DNA of 64,000 bases from an uncultured Lachnospiraceae bacterium (GCA_964531805.1 CAZHGE010000001.1:29205-93204), one strand, 5' to 3'; positions 27,414-37,848 are shown, counted from the stretch's first letter. Notes: a model not told the origin generated them from the sequence alone. Numbers and translations are program-made.

Positions 27414-28631
27414 CTAAGAGTTAGCAGCATTACTTCCTGCAATATAGCCGGAAGTCCATGCCCATTGTAAATTATAACCACCGCATTTGCCATCAATATC
27501 CACCATTTCTCCACAGATGTAGAGATTCTTTTGATAAATGGACTGCATAGAATCATCTAATTCATGAAAAGCCACGCCGCCGCGGCATACTTGTGCTTGT
27601 TCAAAAGAATTGACACTTTGTGGTGTTACTTTAAACGCTTTCATTGCTTTACATATCTGTACCAATGTATTTTTTACAGACCCACTCACAATATCTGTGG
27701 GCTTTAAACCATATTCCTTTAACAACATGAGCGACACTTTTTTATGTAACATGCCAAGAAGAAATTCTTCAGCAGTTTTGTTTTTATATTGAATCAGACG
27801 TTTGGTATAAAAACTAGTCCATTCTGTATCTGACATATGTGGTAAAAAGTCGAGCTGCACGGACACATTTTTCTTTTGATCTAAATAGCCGGCAATTAGA
27901 CGACTGATTTGAAAAACAGGGATTCCGGATATACCATAATCCGTTAATTGTATTTCCCCCAGTTCTTCTGCTATTTCCTTTTCATCCACATAAAGAGTAA
28001 GACTGGCTTTGACGCGTACGCCGGCAATCATAGAAAAGAATTTCTCTCTGCATTTTACCTGAACCAGAGCCGGGTATAATTTTTGGATCTTATGCCCAAA
28101 ACCTTTGGCAAGGTCATATCCATCCGTTACAGCATTTTTGATACCTGCCTTACTGCCACAGGCTAAAATTACAGTATCAAAATGATCTTTTCCTATGTTT
28201 GATTCTACCTGAAAACCATGCTTTTTATCTGCTTGAAGAGAAATATTCTCAACAGAGGTTTTGACTCGTATTTTTTTCTGATCTAATGCCATACGAAGTA
28301 CGTCTAAAACCACGGCAGCTTGTTCGCAATAGGGATATACGTAGCCATCCCGCTCACGTGTCATAAGACCAATACTTTCAAAAAAAGCAAGCGTATCCTG
28401 CACAGAAAACCGGGCCAAGCAACGCGCCAGCTTCTCTTCATCCTCTGTATAATAAAATTCTGTACCCATATTCAAATTAGTTAAATTGCATTTACCATTA
28501 CCAGTTGCCAGAATTTTTTTTCCAACACGGTCTGTTTTTTCATAAATGGTAACCTGATTTCCATTATTTGCAGCGCTCAGTGCTGCTATCATTCCGGAAG
28601 CACCAGCTCCGATAATCAGTATTCTTTTCAT
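27414..28631 (-). CDS. HI0933/BaiN-like (aminoacetone oxidase family) FAD-binding protein
   Basis: IIGAGASGMIAA, TGNGKCNLTN and a C-terminal GGYNLQWAWTSG motif. The start is set at the second ATG (28631), 7 nt after AAGGA. Confidence 0.8.
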   Translation of the reverse strand: MKRILIIGAGASGMIAALSAANNGNQVTIYEKTDRVGKKILATGNGKCNLTNLNMGTEFYYTEDEEKLARCLARFSVQDTLAFFESIGLMTRERDGYVYPYCEQAAVVLDVLRMALDQKKIRVKTSVENISLQADKKHGFQVESNIGKDHFDTVILACGSKAGIKNAVTDGYDLAKGFGHKIQKLYPALVQVKCREKFFSMIAGVRVKASLTLYVDEKEIAEELGEIQLTDYGISGIPVFQISRLIAGYLDQKKNVSVQLDFLPHMSDTEWTSFYTKRLIQYKNKTAEEFLLGMLHKKVSLMLLKEYGLKPTDIVSGSVKNTLVQICKAMKAFKVTPQSVNSFEQAQVCRGGVAFHELDDSMQSIYQKNLYICGEMVDIDGKCGGYNLQWAWTSGYIAGSNAANS

Positions 28632-28649
28632 AGGCATATCCTTTTTGAA

Positions 28650-29264
28650 TTAACTGGTATACGATTCTAAAAACGCATACACTTCTCCAATATCATTAAA
28701 ACATTTGGTTGCAATAATCTGTTGCTGAACATCCCAGGGAAGCATATCTAATGTCAGATCTGTAGGCATAAATACTTCATCCAAATTATCAGAACGATAC
28801 ACTAATAACTCATGATCCACTGCTTTTAAATAATAAATAATTTTTTCTTCTTCCTGCGCATATACTTTTTTAACTGTAATCCGCTCAGGATGAAAAGAAA
28901 GCAGCTCTATGGATAAAAAACCTTTTTTCTTATCTTCAAAGCTGGGACTTAATTCGTAACGTTTAATTTCTTCCATTAATTCTTCTCTGGTAAGTCCTGT
29001 AAAAGAAAAAGGAAGGCTTTCTATAGAATGTTCATATACATTCCCTATATAACTTTCCACTTCATAGATGGTATCACAGGTAGTTACATTCTGTTTGGTA
29101 ACAACTGTTAAATCCAATTCATCCGTTCCCTGTTCTTCTGTTGTTTGCCTGGAATCATGGTCGTTTTCAAAATTTTGGGTTCTATAGGTAAAAAGAAAAT
29201 ATGTTCCTGCCAACACAAGAAAAAGGACAAAACAAAACAAACTGATACTTTTCAAAAATCTCAT
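28650..29264 (-). CDS. membrane-anchored hypothetical protein
   Basis: 204 aa with an N-terminal TM or signal anchor (ISLFCFVLFLVLAGTYFLF). I recognise no catalytic motif. Confidence 0.6.
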   Translation of the reverse strand: MRFLKSISLFCFVLFLVLAGTYFLFTYRTQNFENDHDSRQTTEEQGTDELDLTVVTKQNVTTCDTIYEVESYIGNVYEHSIESLPFSFTGLTREELMEEIKRYELSPSFEDKKKGFLSIELLSFHPERITVKKVYAQEEEKIIYYLKAVDHELLVYRSDNLDEVFMPTDLTLDMLPWDVQQQIIATKCFNDIGEVYAFLESYTS

Positions 29265-29317
29265 ACAAACTCCCCTTTTTGAATAGTATCAGTAGTTTTT
29301 TGTAAAAATATTCGTAA

Positions 29318-30937
29318 TTATAGACGAAGACGGCTTCGTAAAAATGCAACAGGATAATAATTTAAGGTCCTTTTTAATGCCATCTCATCCTTTTTATTGA
29401 TTGCTTTTAACGCAATTAATGTTAAGTAATATAATAAATATCCAAGGAAGATACTTAAGATAATTAGGAAAACATTCATCATCACAAATTTATCCAGGAT
29501 AATGAACAGAACCATCATGACAATGGAGGCGGCTCCATATTTGCCTAATTTCATCAAAATATCCATCAAGTCAAAACGTATGCTCCTATATAAAATCATG
29601 AAATTGAGTACAACCTGAATAGCAAAATATACATAAAATGAATATATGATATTCATACATGCAGCACCTGACTGATTCAAGGATAAAATCAAAAACAGAA
29701 TCTGTACCACAAAAGAAAGCGCTTGAATCCCTAATGCAGAAAGATCCATATCAGACGCTTTCATGATTGCATTAAGCGCATGAGTTACACCCGCAAACAA
29801 TACTAAGAATCCGCCAGCCTGTAATACCTGTGCAGAATAATTGTATTGTCCGGAGAAAAACACCTTAACAATTGGATCTGCTAAAAAAGTTAAAATAATG
29901 GATGGAGGCAATAACATGAAAAAACTGTTTTTAATCATATACTGCGAACGAATCAAAGCCGTTTTAGGGTCTTGCTTCCGATAATCCATATGAAGACGGT
30001 ATTTTTCCTTTGTGATGTATTCTGAAAAAATAGAAAGAATCAATGCTGCTGATAATAAAATTTTAGCAAATAAAATACCACTGTTAATAAAAACATTTTC
30101 AACTGTAACATTATATTTACCCGCTATATGCAGATAGATTAAAAATACTGTTGCAATCGACAACAGGGGGAATAATTGATGGATGGATATTTTAAAAGAA
30201 GAAGAAAAAATCCCTCCATACATCATTTTTTTAGAATCCATGGTACGCATATTTCTTCCATCTTGTCTTGGCATGCGCATTCTTATGCACAACAACAATA
30301 CTACCAACAGTACGATAACGGAGGTAAGTAAATATACACATGCAATCGCAAGTGCCATATAAGCACTTGTTGCAGAAGTATTCTGTAATAATGCTGCTAC
30401 TTTTTCCCCATACCGGGTAAAAGAAGGCAGCATGAAAAGTACAACAGGAATCGGAAGAATCATTCTAAGCAGATTGGCAATATTTAAAATAACTGCATTA
30501 TTATTGCCATTCTGATAGCCGCAGATTACATCAATAATTCCATTCACTAATAAAATCAAAAACATGACCTGTATGATAGATGCGGGAAATGAAGTTCTCC
30601 AAAATTTCACGCAAAATGCATCTGCCGCAAAAAAACTAAATAAAAACAGCGTTGTTCCTACAACAATTACATAAATTAGTGCCGGCTTTAAGATGCGGCT
30701 GGCATTACTGTTTAAACCTTTGCTGTTACGAATACTTACCATTTTAGAGATTCCTTGCTGCAGACCTCCAAATAATATTGTATAGAAAACAGCCATCAAA
30801 AGAAATGACGTACCTAAGAATCCCATCCCACAATCTAATACAAAATTCTCTAGTACAATCAAAAATAAAATATTCACAATCTTCATAATGCTGCTGATTG
30901 ATATTTTTGCATTCATTTGTAATTTATACCTTTCCAT
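29318..30937 (-). CDS. MOP-superfamily flippase (polysaccharide biosynthesis / SpoVB-MurJ-like)
   Basis: 539 aa with about 14 predicted TM segments. Architecture and position are typical of oligosaccharide flippases. The start is uncertain (ATG 30937 or 30916). Confidence 0.65.
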   Translation of the reverse strand: MERYKLQMNAKISISSIMKIVNILFLIVLENFVLDCGMGFLGTSFLLMAVFYTILFGGLQQGISKMVSIRNSKGLNSNASRILKPALIYVIVVGTTLFLFSFFAADAFCVKFWRTSFPASIIQVMFLILLVNGIIDVICGYQNGNNNAVILNIANLLRMILPIPVVLFMLPSFTRYGEKVAALLQNTSATSAYMALAIACVYLLTSVIVLLVVLLLCIRMRMPRQDGRNMRTMDSKKMMYGGIFSSSFKISIHQLFPLLSIATVFLIYLHIAGKYNVTVENVFINSGILFAKILLSAALILSIFSEYITKEKYRLHMDYRKQDPKTALIRSQYMIKNSFFMLLPPSIILTFLADPIVKVFFSGQYNYSAQVLQAGGFLVLFAGVTHALNAIMKASDMDLSALGIQALSFVVQILFLILSLNQSGAACMNIIYSFYVYFAIQVVLNFMILYRSIRFDLMDILMKLGKYGAASIVMMVLFIILDKFVMMNVFLIILSIFLGYLLYYLTLIALKAINKKDEMALKRTLNYYPVAFLRSRLRL

Positions 30938-31445
30938 CAGAATCTCTTCTAATCTGTAAAAGCGAAAGAATATGTTCCTGTCTGCTTTCCATAAGAGCAG
31001 CCTCTTCTTCCGTCATGTGATCATATCCGCATAAATGGTACATACTATGAGCAATCAGGAAAGCATATTCTCTTTTCTGACTATGTCCATACTCCTTAGC
31101 CTGACTGATAATCTTGTCCACACTTAAGATGATATCACCAAATATGATATATCCTGTTTCCGGATTGGTATAGTCGGCTTCTGTTCCCGGTTCCATAGCA
31201 AATAAGGACGGTTCTGTAAAATCAAGATTGGGAAATGATAAAACATCTGTTGGAGCATCAATATCTCTCATCTGACGGTTATATTCCTGAATCCCTTCAT
31301 TATCCGTAAGCAGTACATTGACTTCTACATTATATGGACACTGTTCTACTTCTAAAACCTTATCAATTACCGAAATGGCTATTTCTTCTATCGGAAAATC
31401 AAAGGTTGTATCTGTTTCGTTCTCCAAATATAGCTGTATCTTCAT
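30924..31445 (-). CDS. ybeY: rRNA maturation endoribonuclease YbeY
   Basis: Zinc motif HSMYHLCGYDH (HxxxHxxxxxH) and the conserved position after phoH. Confidence 0.9.
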   Translation of the reverse strand: MKIQLYLENETDTTFDFPIEEIAISVIDKVLEVEQCPYNVEVNVLLTDNEGIQEYNRQMRDIDAPTDVLSFPNLDFTEPSLFAMEPGTEADYTNPETGYIIFGDIILSVDKIISQAKEYGHSQKREYAFLIAHSMYHLCGYDHMTEEEAALMESRQEHILSLLQIRRDSDGKV

Positions 31446-31465
31446 AAGAGATTCCTCTTTCTCAT

Positions 31466-32488
31466 CTATCGTTGGTTACGTGGCTTATGCTTGGAACGGG
31501 CTTTTTCCTTTCCCTGTTCTCTTGCCTGTTCTTTTGCCTCGTAGACTTCATATGCTTTTACAATCTTCTGTACTAAAGGATGACGTACTACGTCTTTACT
31601 GGTCAAATGGCAGAACGCAATTCCTTCCACATTACGCAGTACACGACAGGCAACATCCAATCCCGAGCGTGCCCCCACTGGTAAATCCTTTTGTGATTCA
31701 TCCCCGGTTACGATTACTTTAGAACCAAATCCAATACGTGTTAAAAACATTTTCATCTGTGCCGGTGTTGTATTCTGTGCTTCGTCCAATATAATATAAG
31801 CGTTATCCAATGTGCGGCCGCGCATATACGCAAGTGGTGCTACTTCAATCAGTCCTTTTTCCATATTCTTCAAAAAACTTTCAGCACCCATAATTTGATA
31901 CAAAGCATCATATAATGGACGGAGGTAAGGATCTACTTTACTTTGAAGATCTCCTGGTAAAAATCCCAGTTTTTCCCCTGCTTCAATTGCAGGACGCGTT
32001 AAAATAATACGTTCTACTTCATTGTTTTTAAAAGCGGTAATGGCTTTTGCCATGGCAAGATAGGTTTTACCTGTTCCCGCCGGTCCCATACCGAACACAA
32101 TCATATTATCATCAATGGCATCCACATATTCTTTTTGACCTAATGTTTTAGGCTTAAGAGGTTTGCCATTTACCGTATGACAGATCACTTCTTTATCCAT
32201 TTCTAAAAGGGCATCTTCCTGTTCTTCCATCCCCATTGCAATTGCATAATCTACATCTTGTTCCAATATGGTATTCCCTCTTTCTGAAAGTGTTTTCAAG
32301 GTTTGTAAGATTGTTTTTACCAAAGAAGCATTCCCTGCACTGCCTCTTATCATCACACAGTCATCCCGGTTAAAAATATCAACCGCAAACGCCCGTTCAA
32401 TCTTTTTAATATATTTATCACACTGGCCAAAAATATTGAGACAGTGTTCCATAGGAATCTCAATACGTTCCGTTATCAGTTCGCTCAT
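31466..32488 (-). CDS. phoH: PhoH-family ATPase
   Basis: Walker A GPAGTGKT with the motifs DEAQN and LTSKDVVRH. Confidence 0.9.
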   Translation of the reverse strand: MSELITERIEIPMEHCLNIFGQCDKYIKKIERAFAVDIFNRDDCVMIRGSAGNASLVKTILQTLKTLSERGNTILEQDVDYAIAMGMEEQEDALLEMDKEVICHTVNGKPLKPKTLGQKEYVDAIDDNMIVFGMGPAGTGKTYLAMAKAITAFKNNEVERIILTRPAIEAGEKLGFLPGDLQSKVDPYLRPLYDALYQIMGAESFLKNMEKGLIEVAPLAYMRGRTLDNAYIILDEAQNTTPAQMKMFLTRIGFGSKVIVTGDESQKDLPVGARSGLDVACRVLRNVEGIAFCHLTSKDVVRHPLVQKIVKAYEVYEAKEQAREQGKEKARSKHKPRNQR

Positions 32489-32509
32489 GTAATACTCTCC
32501 AAGCCGGGG

Positions 32510-33691
32510 TTAATGATCCTTTTGCAGGATATCGATTACTAAAGATCCTGTTAGTTTTAAATATTGACTATCAGATTCTATTTTAACATTATTTTCTATA
32601 ATTTGTACCCCTTTTTCATTTAATTCTTTCATAGTTTGCTCTAAAAATTGTTTTAATAATATCGTTCCTTCTTCTTCTCCATATAAATCCTCAATTTCTA
32701 CGTATTCACAGTACCTTCTGCTCCCCCAGAAAACAGGGATGGAAAATTCTGTAAACAAAGGATGGGTATCTTCTTTTACAATGACATCATATAAACTATA
32801 TGGGTTTTTCTTATAAATAAAAGTAAAATAATGCTGCCCAAAACGGACATACGGAATGGTATATTCATTTCCGGTAAAGTTCTTGTGCCTGTAATAACGG
32901 CTTACTTTTCTGTGAATGGGATATTCCGTTCTTATCGTCACATCAGCATCTGCATCCGTATAATCATAAGAAAGGATATTACCATCATTATCAAATATAG
33001 GAACCTTCCCCTCAACCAAAACTGTTCCCACATCCACTTCATCACCAACTTTTACAAGAGGTACCCCTTTCCGCGTAATCATTTTAACGATTGTTCCTTT
33101 TGTGCCGCTGATCAGATCATCACTTATTGGCGTTTCCTTGGTTACTTCCTTTGCTAATATCTCATTTTCTTTAACCGACACAATCAGTCCTGTACCGCTG
33201 ATTTTCACAGAAACCCAGCTGATACCATCAAAATATTCACGTATTTCTTCTTCCAACATGGGAATATCAATATTCTGTTTATAGGTTCCGTAATTTACCC
33301 CTAAAGAATTCACAAATCGAAGCAGAATATCATCATGAATCATTTGATTTCCTGTAAATGTAAAGGACCAGATAAAAAATGACATTCCATAGATGAATAA
33401 AAAAGAGACAATCACACCTGCAAAAAAGATTTTTCGTTTTCTATTTTTGCGCATAAAAAAAGGCAGTCCGTATTCCTGTCGGATTTCTGCCTTCACTTTT
33501 GTTTTTTCTAAAAAAGAATCTATATTGGGGTAATCAGAACGGGCTATTTTACAGATGTAATACTCTTCTGTTGGTACGATATCCCATAATATAATACCAT
33601 TTAAACGACATAAATTCATAAAGCGTTCCGGCGAATAGCCGGAAATATGCAGTTTTAGATAACCTCTTAAATAGCGAAGAAACGCAAGCAT
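32510..33691 (-). CDS. yqfD: sporulation protein YqfD
   Basis: N-terminus LRGYLKLHISGYSPERFMNLCRLNGIILWDI, one central TM segment, and the position after yqfC. Confidence 0.8.
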   Translation of the reverse strand: MLAFLRYLRGYLKLHISGYSPERFMNLCRLNGIILWDIVPTEEYYICKIARSDYPNIDSFLEKTKVKAEIRQEYGLPFFMRKNRKRKIFFAGVIVSFLFIYGMSFFIWSFTFTGNQMIHDDILLRFVNSLGVNYGTYKQNIDIPMLEEEIREYFDGISWVSVKISGTGLIVSVKENEILAKEVTKETPISDDLISGTKGTIVKMITRKGVPLVKVGDEVDVGTVLVEGKVPIFDNDGNILSYDYTDADADVTIRTEYPIHRKVSRYYRHKNFTGNEYTIPYVRFGQHYFTFIYKKNPYSLYDVIVKEDTHPLFTEFSIPVFWGSRRYCEYVEIEDLYGEEEGTILLKQFLEQTMKELNEKGVQIIENNVKIESDSQYLKLTGSLVIDILQKDH

Positions 33692-33705
33692 GAAAACCTC
33701 CTGGT

Positions 33706-33972
33706 TTAAGAAGGATATTGTATGGATAAAATACGGCCTTTAATCAGCATATCCTCTTCGGTGTAATGATCAATCTTTAAGTTCCGACCTTCTATCAGGA
33801 TATATGTATTTTTTCCTTGAATACGGATACAATTTCCAGTATATTCCAGAATCCCTTTGTAGTTTTCAATATATAGTTCTTCGTTCCCAATAGCTGTTAA
33901 AATAAATGCACCACGGGTAATATCTTTTGGTAATTGCAGTTTTTCAAACAATCCGTTTTCATTCTTTTTCAT
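33706..33972 (-). CDS. yqfC: sporulation protein YqfC
   Basis: 88 aa with LPKDITRGAFILTAIGNEELYIENYKGILEYT, typical of YqfC. Confidence 0.8.
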   Translation of the reverse strand: MKKNENGLFEKLQLPKDITRGAFILTAIGNEELYIENYKGILEYTGNCIRIQGKNTYILIEGRNLKIDHYTEEDMLIKGRILSIQYPS

Positions 33973-34009
33973 ACCTAATCATATGAAAGGATGGTATAAA
34001 ATATGTCAT

Positions 34010-34489
34010 TTATTTATGATAGGGTTCGCCATTGTTAATGCGGAAAGCGCGATAAATCTGTTCCATAAGGATTACACGCATCAATTGGTGCGGGAAAGTC
34101 ATCTCGGAGAAACTAATCATCTGAGGAGACGATTTCTTAATATCTTCCATAATCCCAAGAGATCCACCGATAATAAAGGTAATATGACTCACACCGGAAA
34201 CAGTATTTTTCTGAATCATCTTTGCAAAACCAATTGAATCGTATTTTTTTCCTTCAATAGCTAGTGGTATCACATAGGAATCCTTTGGAATCAGATTTTT
34301 AATACGCTCGCCTTCTTTTTCCAATATCTGCTGGTTGACTGTTTCAGAGGCCTGATCAGGTGTTTTTTCATCGGCCACTTCTAAAATAGATAATTTACAG
34401 TATTTAGAGAGGCGTTTCTCATATTCGCTAATGGCATCCCTGTAAAATTTCTCCTTGATCTTACCTACGGCAATAATAGTAATCTTCAT
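34010..34489 (-). CDS. rlmH: 23S rRNA (pseudouridine1915-N3)-methyltransferase
   Basis: 159-aa SPOUT fold: MKITIIAVGKIKEKFYRDAISEYEKRL...FIIGGSLG...SFSEMTFPHQLMRVILMEQIYRA. Confidence 0.9.
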   Translation of the reverse strand: MKITIIAVGKIKEKFYRDAISEYEKRLSKYCKLSILEVADEKTPDQASETVNQQILEKEGERIKNLIPKDSYVIPLAIEGKKYDSIGFAKMIQKNTVSGVSHITFIIGGSLGIMEDIKKSSPQMISFSEMTFPHQLMRVILMEQIYRAFRINNGEPYHK

Positions 34490-35322
34490 GATTCAAATAT
34501 CTCCGGATAGGTTTCCTCAATAATATAATCCATAAAAGCAATATCAAGCCCAGGATATGTACTACGGATCATTTCCTTCATTTTTTCAATACGGCGGAAA
34601 TATAAAATCTCCATAGCCGGTTCGTCATCAATCAGATCTGCATCAAAACTGTCTAACTGGATATTTTCTTTTAAGTAGGTCTGAATTTCAGATTTCTGAT
34701 CCTTTTCAGTATCTGCCTGATCCTTTAAAGTCTTATAAGATTTGCGTGATGTAATTCCTGTGATTATAAAGATTACAAACATAACTCCCATTACACCAGT
34801 AATCAATGCTTTTGTAAAGCCGGTAAGGGAAATGGGGATGATACCAAGATTCAGCAAAACCAGAGCAATAATACCGGCAGCACCAACAATCAAAAGCGTA
34901 TCCGCACCGGATTTATATTCCTCAGCCTTTTTATCTGCTTCCTGATATGGACCTTTGTATTCTTCTTTTTCTTCTTCCAAAGTCTGTGCCGCTTCCGTTT
35001 CCTCAGCCATCTGCTGCATCTCAGCTAATTTTTTAGGAGCAGCAATTTTAGAAAGATATACGCGCAATTGTTTCTGCGCTTCTACTGCTTTTTTTCTTTC
35101 TACTAAAAGTTCATAAGTACCTTCTTTTTTATCATACACGATTTGTGTTTCACTAATTCCATTTGCACGCATAAAATTACACATTTCTTGTAATTCATTT
35201 TCTGCGCCAAAATAAACAGCAACCGGTCCTTCCTCTAAAGATTCCACTAACTGAGATCCGCAGTCAGCACATACGGTATAACCTTCCTTATATTCGTTTT
35301 TACATTTTGGACACCAAGGCAT
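34486..35322 (-). CDS. zinc-ribbon membrane protein, function unknown
   Basis: Starts MPWCPKCKNEYKEGYTVCADCG (CxxC-x12-CxxC). It has a central acidic coiled region and two TM segments. The track start at 35355 reads the nfnB terminator hairpin as codons, so I use ATG 35322, preceded by GAGGAG. Confidence 0.7.
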   Translation of the reverse strand: MPWCPKCKNEYKEGYTVCADCGSQLVESLEEGPVAVYFGAENELQEMCNFMRANGISETQIVYDKKEGTYELLVERKKAVEAQKQLRVYLSKIAAPKKLAEMQQMAEETEAAQTLEEEKEEYKGPYQEADKKAEEYKSGADTLLIVGAAGIIALVLLNLGIIPISLTGFTKALITGVMGVMFVIFIITGITSRKSYKTLKDQADTEKDQKSEIQTYLKENIQLDSFDADLIDDEPAMEILYFRRIEKMKEMIRSTYPGLDIAFMDYIIEETYPEIFES

Positions 35323-35340
35323 ATTTTTCTCCTCTTTTGC

Positions 35341-35374
35341 AAAATGGATTCCCAAATGTTTGGGAATCCATTTT
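35341..35374 (-). terminator. rho-independent terminator after nfnB
   Basis: Near-perfect hairpin AAAATGGATTCCCAAA / TTTGGGAATCCATTTT with a very short central loop. The arms carry A and U runs at both ends. Confidence 0.75.
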
Positions 35375-35411
35375 CATTTTTCAACTTTATATTACGTTAA
35401 TAATACTACAA

Positions 35412-36794
35412 TTATTTAGATAAATATTCATCAATTCCTTTTGCAGCAGCTTTACCAGCTCCCATAGCCAGAATAACAGTTGCTGCACCAGTAACCGCAT
35501 CACCGCCGGCATATACACCTTCTTTTGAAGTTGCACCTGTTTCTTCAGAAGCAATGATACATTTACGTCCGTTAATCTCAAGTCCTTTTGTAGTAGATGA
35601 GATTAATGGATTTGGTGATGTTCCCAGTGACATAATGACAGTATCAACATCAATCACGAATTCGCTGCCAGCCACTTCCACTGGACGTCTTCTTCCAGAA
35701 GCATCAGGTTCACCAAGTTCCATACGAATACATTTAATTCCACTAACCCAGCCGTTTTCATCTTTTAAGATCTCAACAGGATTGGTTAACAGATCAAAGA
35801 TAATACCTTCTTCTTTTGCATGATGTACTTCTTCTACTCGTGCAGGAAGTTCTTCTTCACTACGACGGTATACAATATGTACTTCACTACCAAGACGAAG
35901 TGCTGTTCTTGCAGCATCCATTGCTACATTACCACCACCTACAACAGCTACTTTCTTGCCTCTCATAATAGGAGTTGTGCTGTTCTCGTCAAATGCTTTC
36001 ATTAAATTGCTTCTAGTTAAGTATTCATTTGCAGAAAATACACCATTTGCAGTTTCTCCAGGAATACCCATGAATTTAGGAAGACCGGCACCAGAACCGA
36101 TAAATACTGCACTAAAGCCTTCATCTTCTAATAATTCATCAATTGTAATAGCTTTACCAACTACTACATTGGTTTCAATCTTAACACCTAATGCTTTGAC
36201 ATTTTCGATTTCTTTTGCAACAACTTTTGTCTTTGGAAGACGGAATTCAGGAATACCGTATACTAAAACACCGCCAGCTTCGTGTAATGCTTCAAAAATT
36301 GTTACATCATAACCCATCTTTGCAAGATCGCCTGCGCAGGTAAGTCCAGAAGGACCAGAACCGATTACAGCAACCTTTTTATTTTTCTTTTCTGCATTTA
36401 CAACTGGTTTGATATTATTTTCACTTGCCCAATCAGCAACGAAACGCTCTAATTTACCAATGGAGATAGGTTCTCCCTTAATTCCACGGATACATTTACC
36501 TTCACACTGGCTTTCCTGAGGACATACACGGCCACAGATAGCTGGAAGTGCACTGGATTCAGAAATAATCTGGTATGCTTCTTCAATTTCGCCTTCTTTT
36601 ACTTTTTCAATAAAACCAGGAATGTTAATGGATACAGGGCATCCTTTTACACACTGCGCATTTTTACAGTTGATACATCTGCTGGCTTCTTCTTTTGCTT
36701 CTTCTAAATTATATCCAAGACAAACCTCTTCAAAATTGGCTGCTCTTTCTTTTGCATCCTGCTCACGAACAGGAACTTTCTTTAAAACGTCCAT
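35412..36794 (-). CDS. nfnB: NfnB/SudA-type NADPH-dependent oxidoreductase (glutamate synthase small-chain-like, 2x[4Fe-4S] + FAD)
   Basis: N-terminal Cys clusters (CINCKNAQCVKGCP, CGRVCPQESQCEGKC) and two dinucleotide folds (VIGSGPSGLTCA, VVGGGNVAMD). It is paired with an NfnA-like gene upstream. Confidence 0.8.
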   Translation of the reverse strand: MDVLKKVPVREQDAKERAANFEEVCLGYNLEEAKEEASRCINCKNAQCVKGCPVSINIPGFIEKVKEGEIEEAYQIISESSALPAICGRVCPQESQCEGKCIRGIKGEPISIGKLERFVADWASENNIKPVVNAEKKNKKVAVIGSGPSGLTCAGDLAKMGYDVTIFEALHEAGGVLVYGIPEFRLPKTKVVAKEIENVKALGVKIETNVVVGKAITIDELLEDEGFSAVFIGSGAGLPKFMGIPGETANGVFSANEYLTRSNLMKAFDENSTTPIMRGKKVAVVGGGNVAMDAARTALRLGSEVHIVYRRSEEELPARVEEVHHAKEEGIIFDLLTNPVEILKDENGWVSGIKCIRMELGEPDASGRRRPVEVAGSEFVIDVDTVIMSLGTSPNPLISSTTKGLEINGRKCIIASEETGATSKEGVYAGGDAVTGAATVILAMGAGKAAAKGIDEYLSK

Positions 36795-36828
36795 TTTATT
36801 TTCCTCTCAAATTTATGTATTAATGTTA

Positions 36829-36853
36829 CCGGAAAAAGCAGAGCTTTTTCTCC
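36829..36853 (-). other. intercistronic hairpin between nfnA and nfnB
   Basis: GGAAAAAGC-aga-GCTTTTTC(t)C at 36831-36853 within an 80-bp spacer. No clean U tract follows the stem on the minus-strand RNA. Confidence 0.4.
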
Positions 36854-36874
36854 AGAAAAACATAGTATTCTGGT

Positions 36875-37756
36875 TTAGTTACAATTTCCACATCCGCCGT
36901 GATGTGTGTCGCCTTCTTTTGCTTTTAAGAACGCTCTGCCTTCTTCTGTTTTATATAACTGCTGGCGTTTCATCGCTTCATCAAAATCTACTTTATGCCC
37001 ATCAAATTCAGGACCATCTACACAAGCAAATTTAATTTCATCACCAACTGTTACACGGCAAGCACCACACATACCTGTACCATCAACCATAATCGGATTC
37101 AAACTGACAATAGTAGGAATATTTAATGTTTCTGTCATTTTACATACAAATTTCATCATAATCATCGGACCAATTGCAACACAAAGGTCATATTTCTTAC
37201 CTTCTTCTTTTACAAGGTCTTCGATTGTTTTTGTAACCATACCGCTTCTTCCGTAAGAACCGTCATCAGTTGTTACATAAAGATTACCAGCTACCGCTTC
37301 CATTTCTTTTTCAAGAATTAAAAGATCTTTTGTCTTAGATCCTACAATAACATCTGCCTTAACGCCCATTTCGTGTAAATACTTAACCTGAGGATATACA
37401 GGAGCGGTACCAACACCACCAGCAACAAATAAGATGTTCATAGCATCCAATTCTTCTTTGGTCTTTTCACAAAGTTCAGATGCACAACCTAAAGGGCCGA
37501 CTACATCGTGGAAAGAATCTCCGGCTTTTAATTTTGACATTTCAACAGTACTTCCACCAACAATCTGGAATACGATTGTAACAGTACCATTCTCGCGGTC
37601 ATAATCACAAATAGTAAGCGGGATACGTTCACTATCTTCATTTGTACGAACAATCAAAAACTGTCCAGGCAGACAATGTTTTGCCAGACGTTTCGCTTCT
37701 ACTACCATCAAAAAGATATTGGTAGTCAATTCTTCAGCCTTTAAAATTTTATACAT
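36875..37756 (-). CDS. nfnA: NfnA/SudB-type ferredoxin-NADP reductase-like subunit (FAD, [2Fe-2S])
   Basis: FNR-like fold (GQFLIVR, RIPLTICD, VAGGVGTAP) with a C-terminal Cys cluster (GTGMCGACRV...FACVDGPEF). Confidence 0.8.
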   Translation of the reverse strand: MYKILKAEELTTNIFLMVVEAKRLAKHCLPGQFLIVRTNEDSERIPLTICDYDRENGTVTIVFQIVGGSTVEMSKLKAGDSFHDVVGPLGCASELCEKTKEELDAMNILFVAGGVGTAPVYPQVKYLHEMGVKADVIVGSKTKDLLILEKEMEAVAGNLYVTTDDGSYGRSGMVTKTIEDLVKEEGKKYDLCVAIGPMIMMKFVCKMTETLNIPTIVSLNPIMVDGTGMCGACRVTVGDEIKFACVDGPEFDGHKVDFDEAMKRQQLYKTEEGRAFLKAKEGDTHHGGCGNCN

Positions 37757-37803
37757 AATTGCCTCCTCATTTAACTTTAGTACGTTAAAGCATTTTCTTA
37801 TCT

Positions 37804-37832
37804 ATATTAGCGGTTTTGATAAAAAAAATCAA
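37804..37832 (-). promoter_or_regulatory. candidate sigma-A promoter of nfnAB
   Basis: Minus strand reads TTGATT (37832-37827), a 17-nt spacer, then TAATAT (37809-37804), about 45 nt upstream of the nfnA ATG. Confidence 0.45.
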
Positions 37833-37848
37833 CAAGAATATCGTAATA

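Noticed and set aside
35323-35355. ORF-track N-terminal extension MGIHFAKEEKN of the zinc-ribbon membrane protein
   Set aside because: These codons are the 3' arm of the nfnB terminator hairpin plus the GAGGAG RBS. The real start is MPWCPKC.
37814-37835. Inverted repeat TTGTTGATTTTTTTTATCAAAA at the nfnA promoter as a Rex operator
   Set aside because: Only TTGAT/ATCAA pair, the spacing does not fit the Rex box, and much of it is an A/T run. This is too weak to call.
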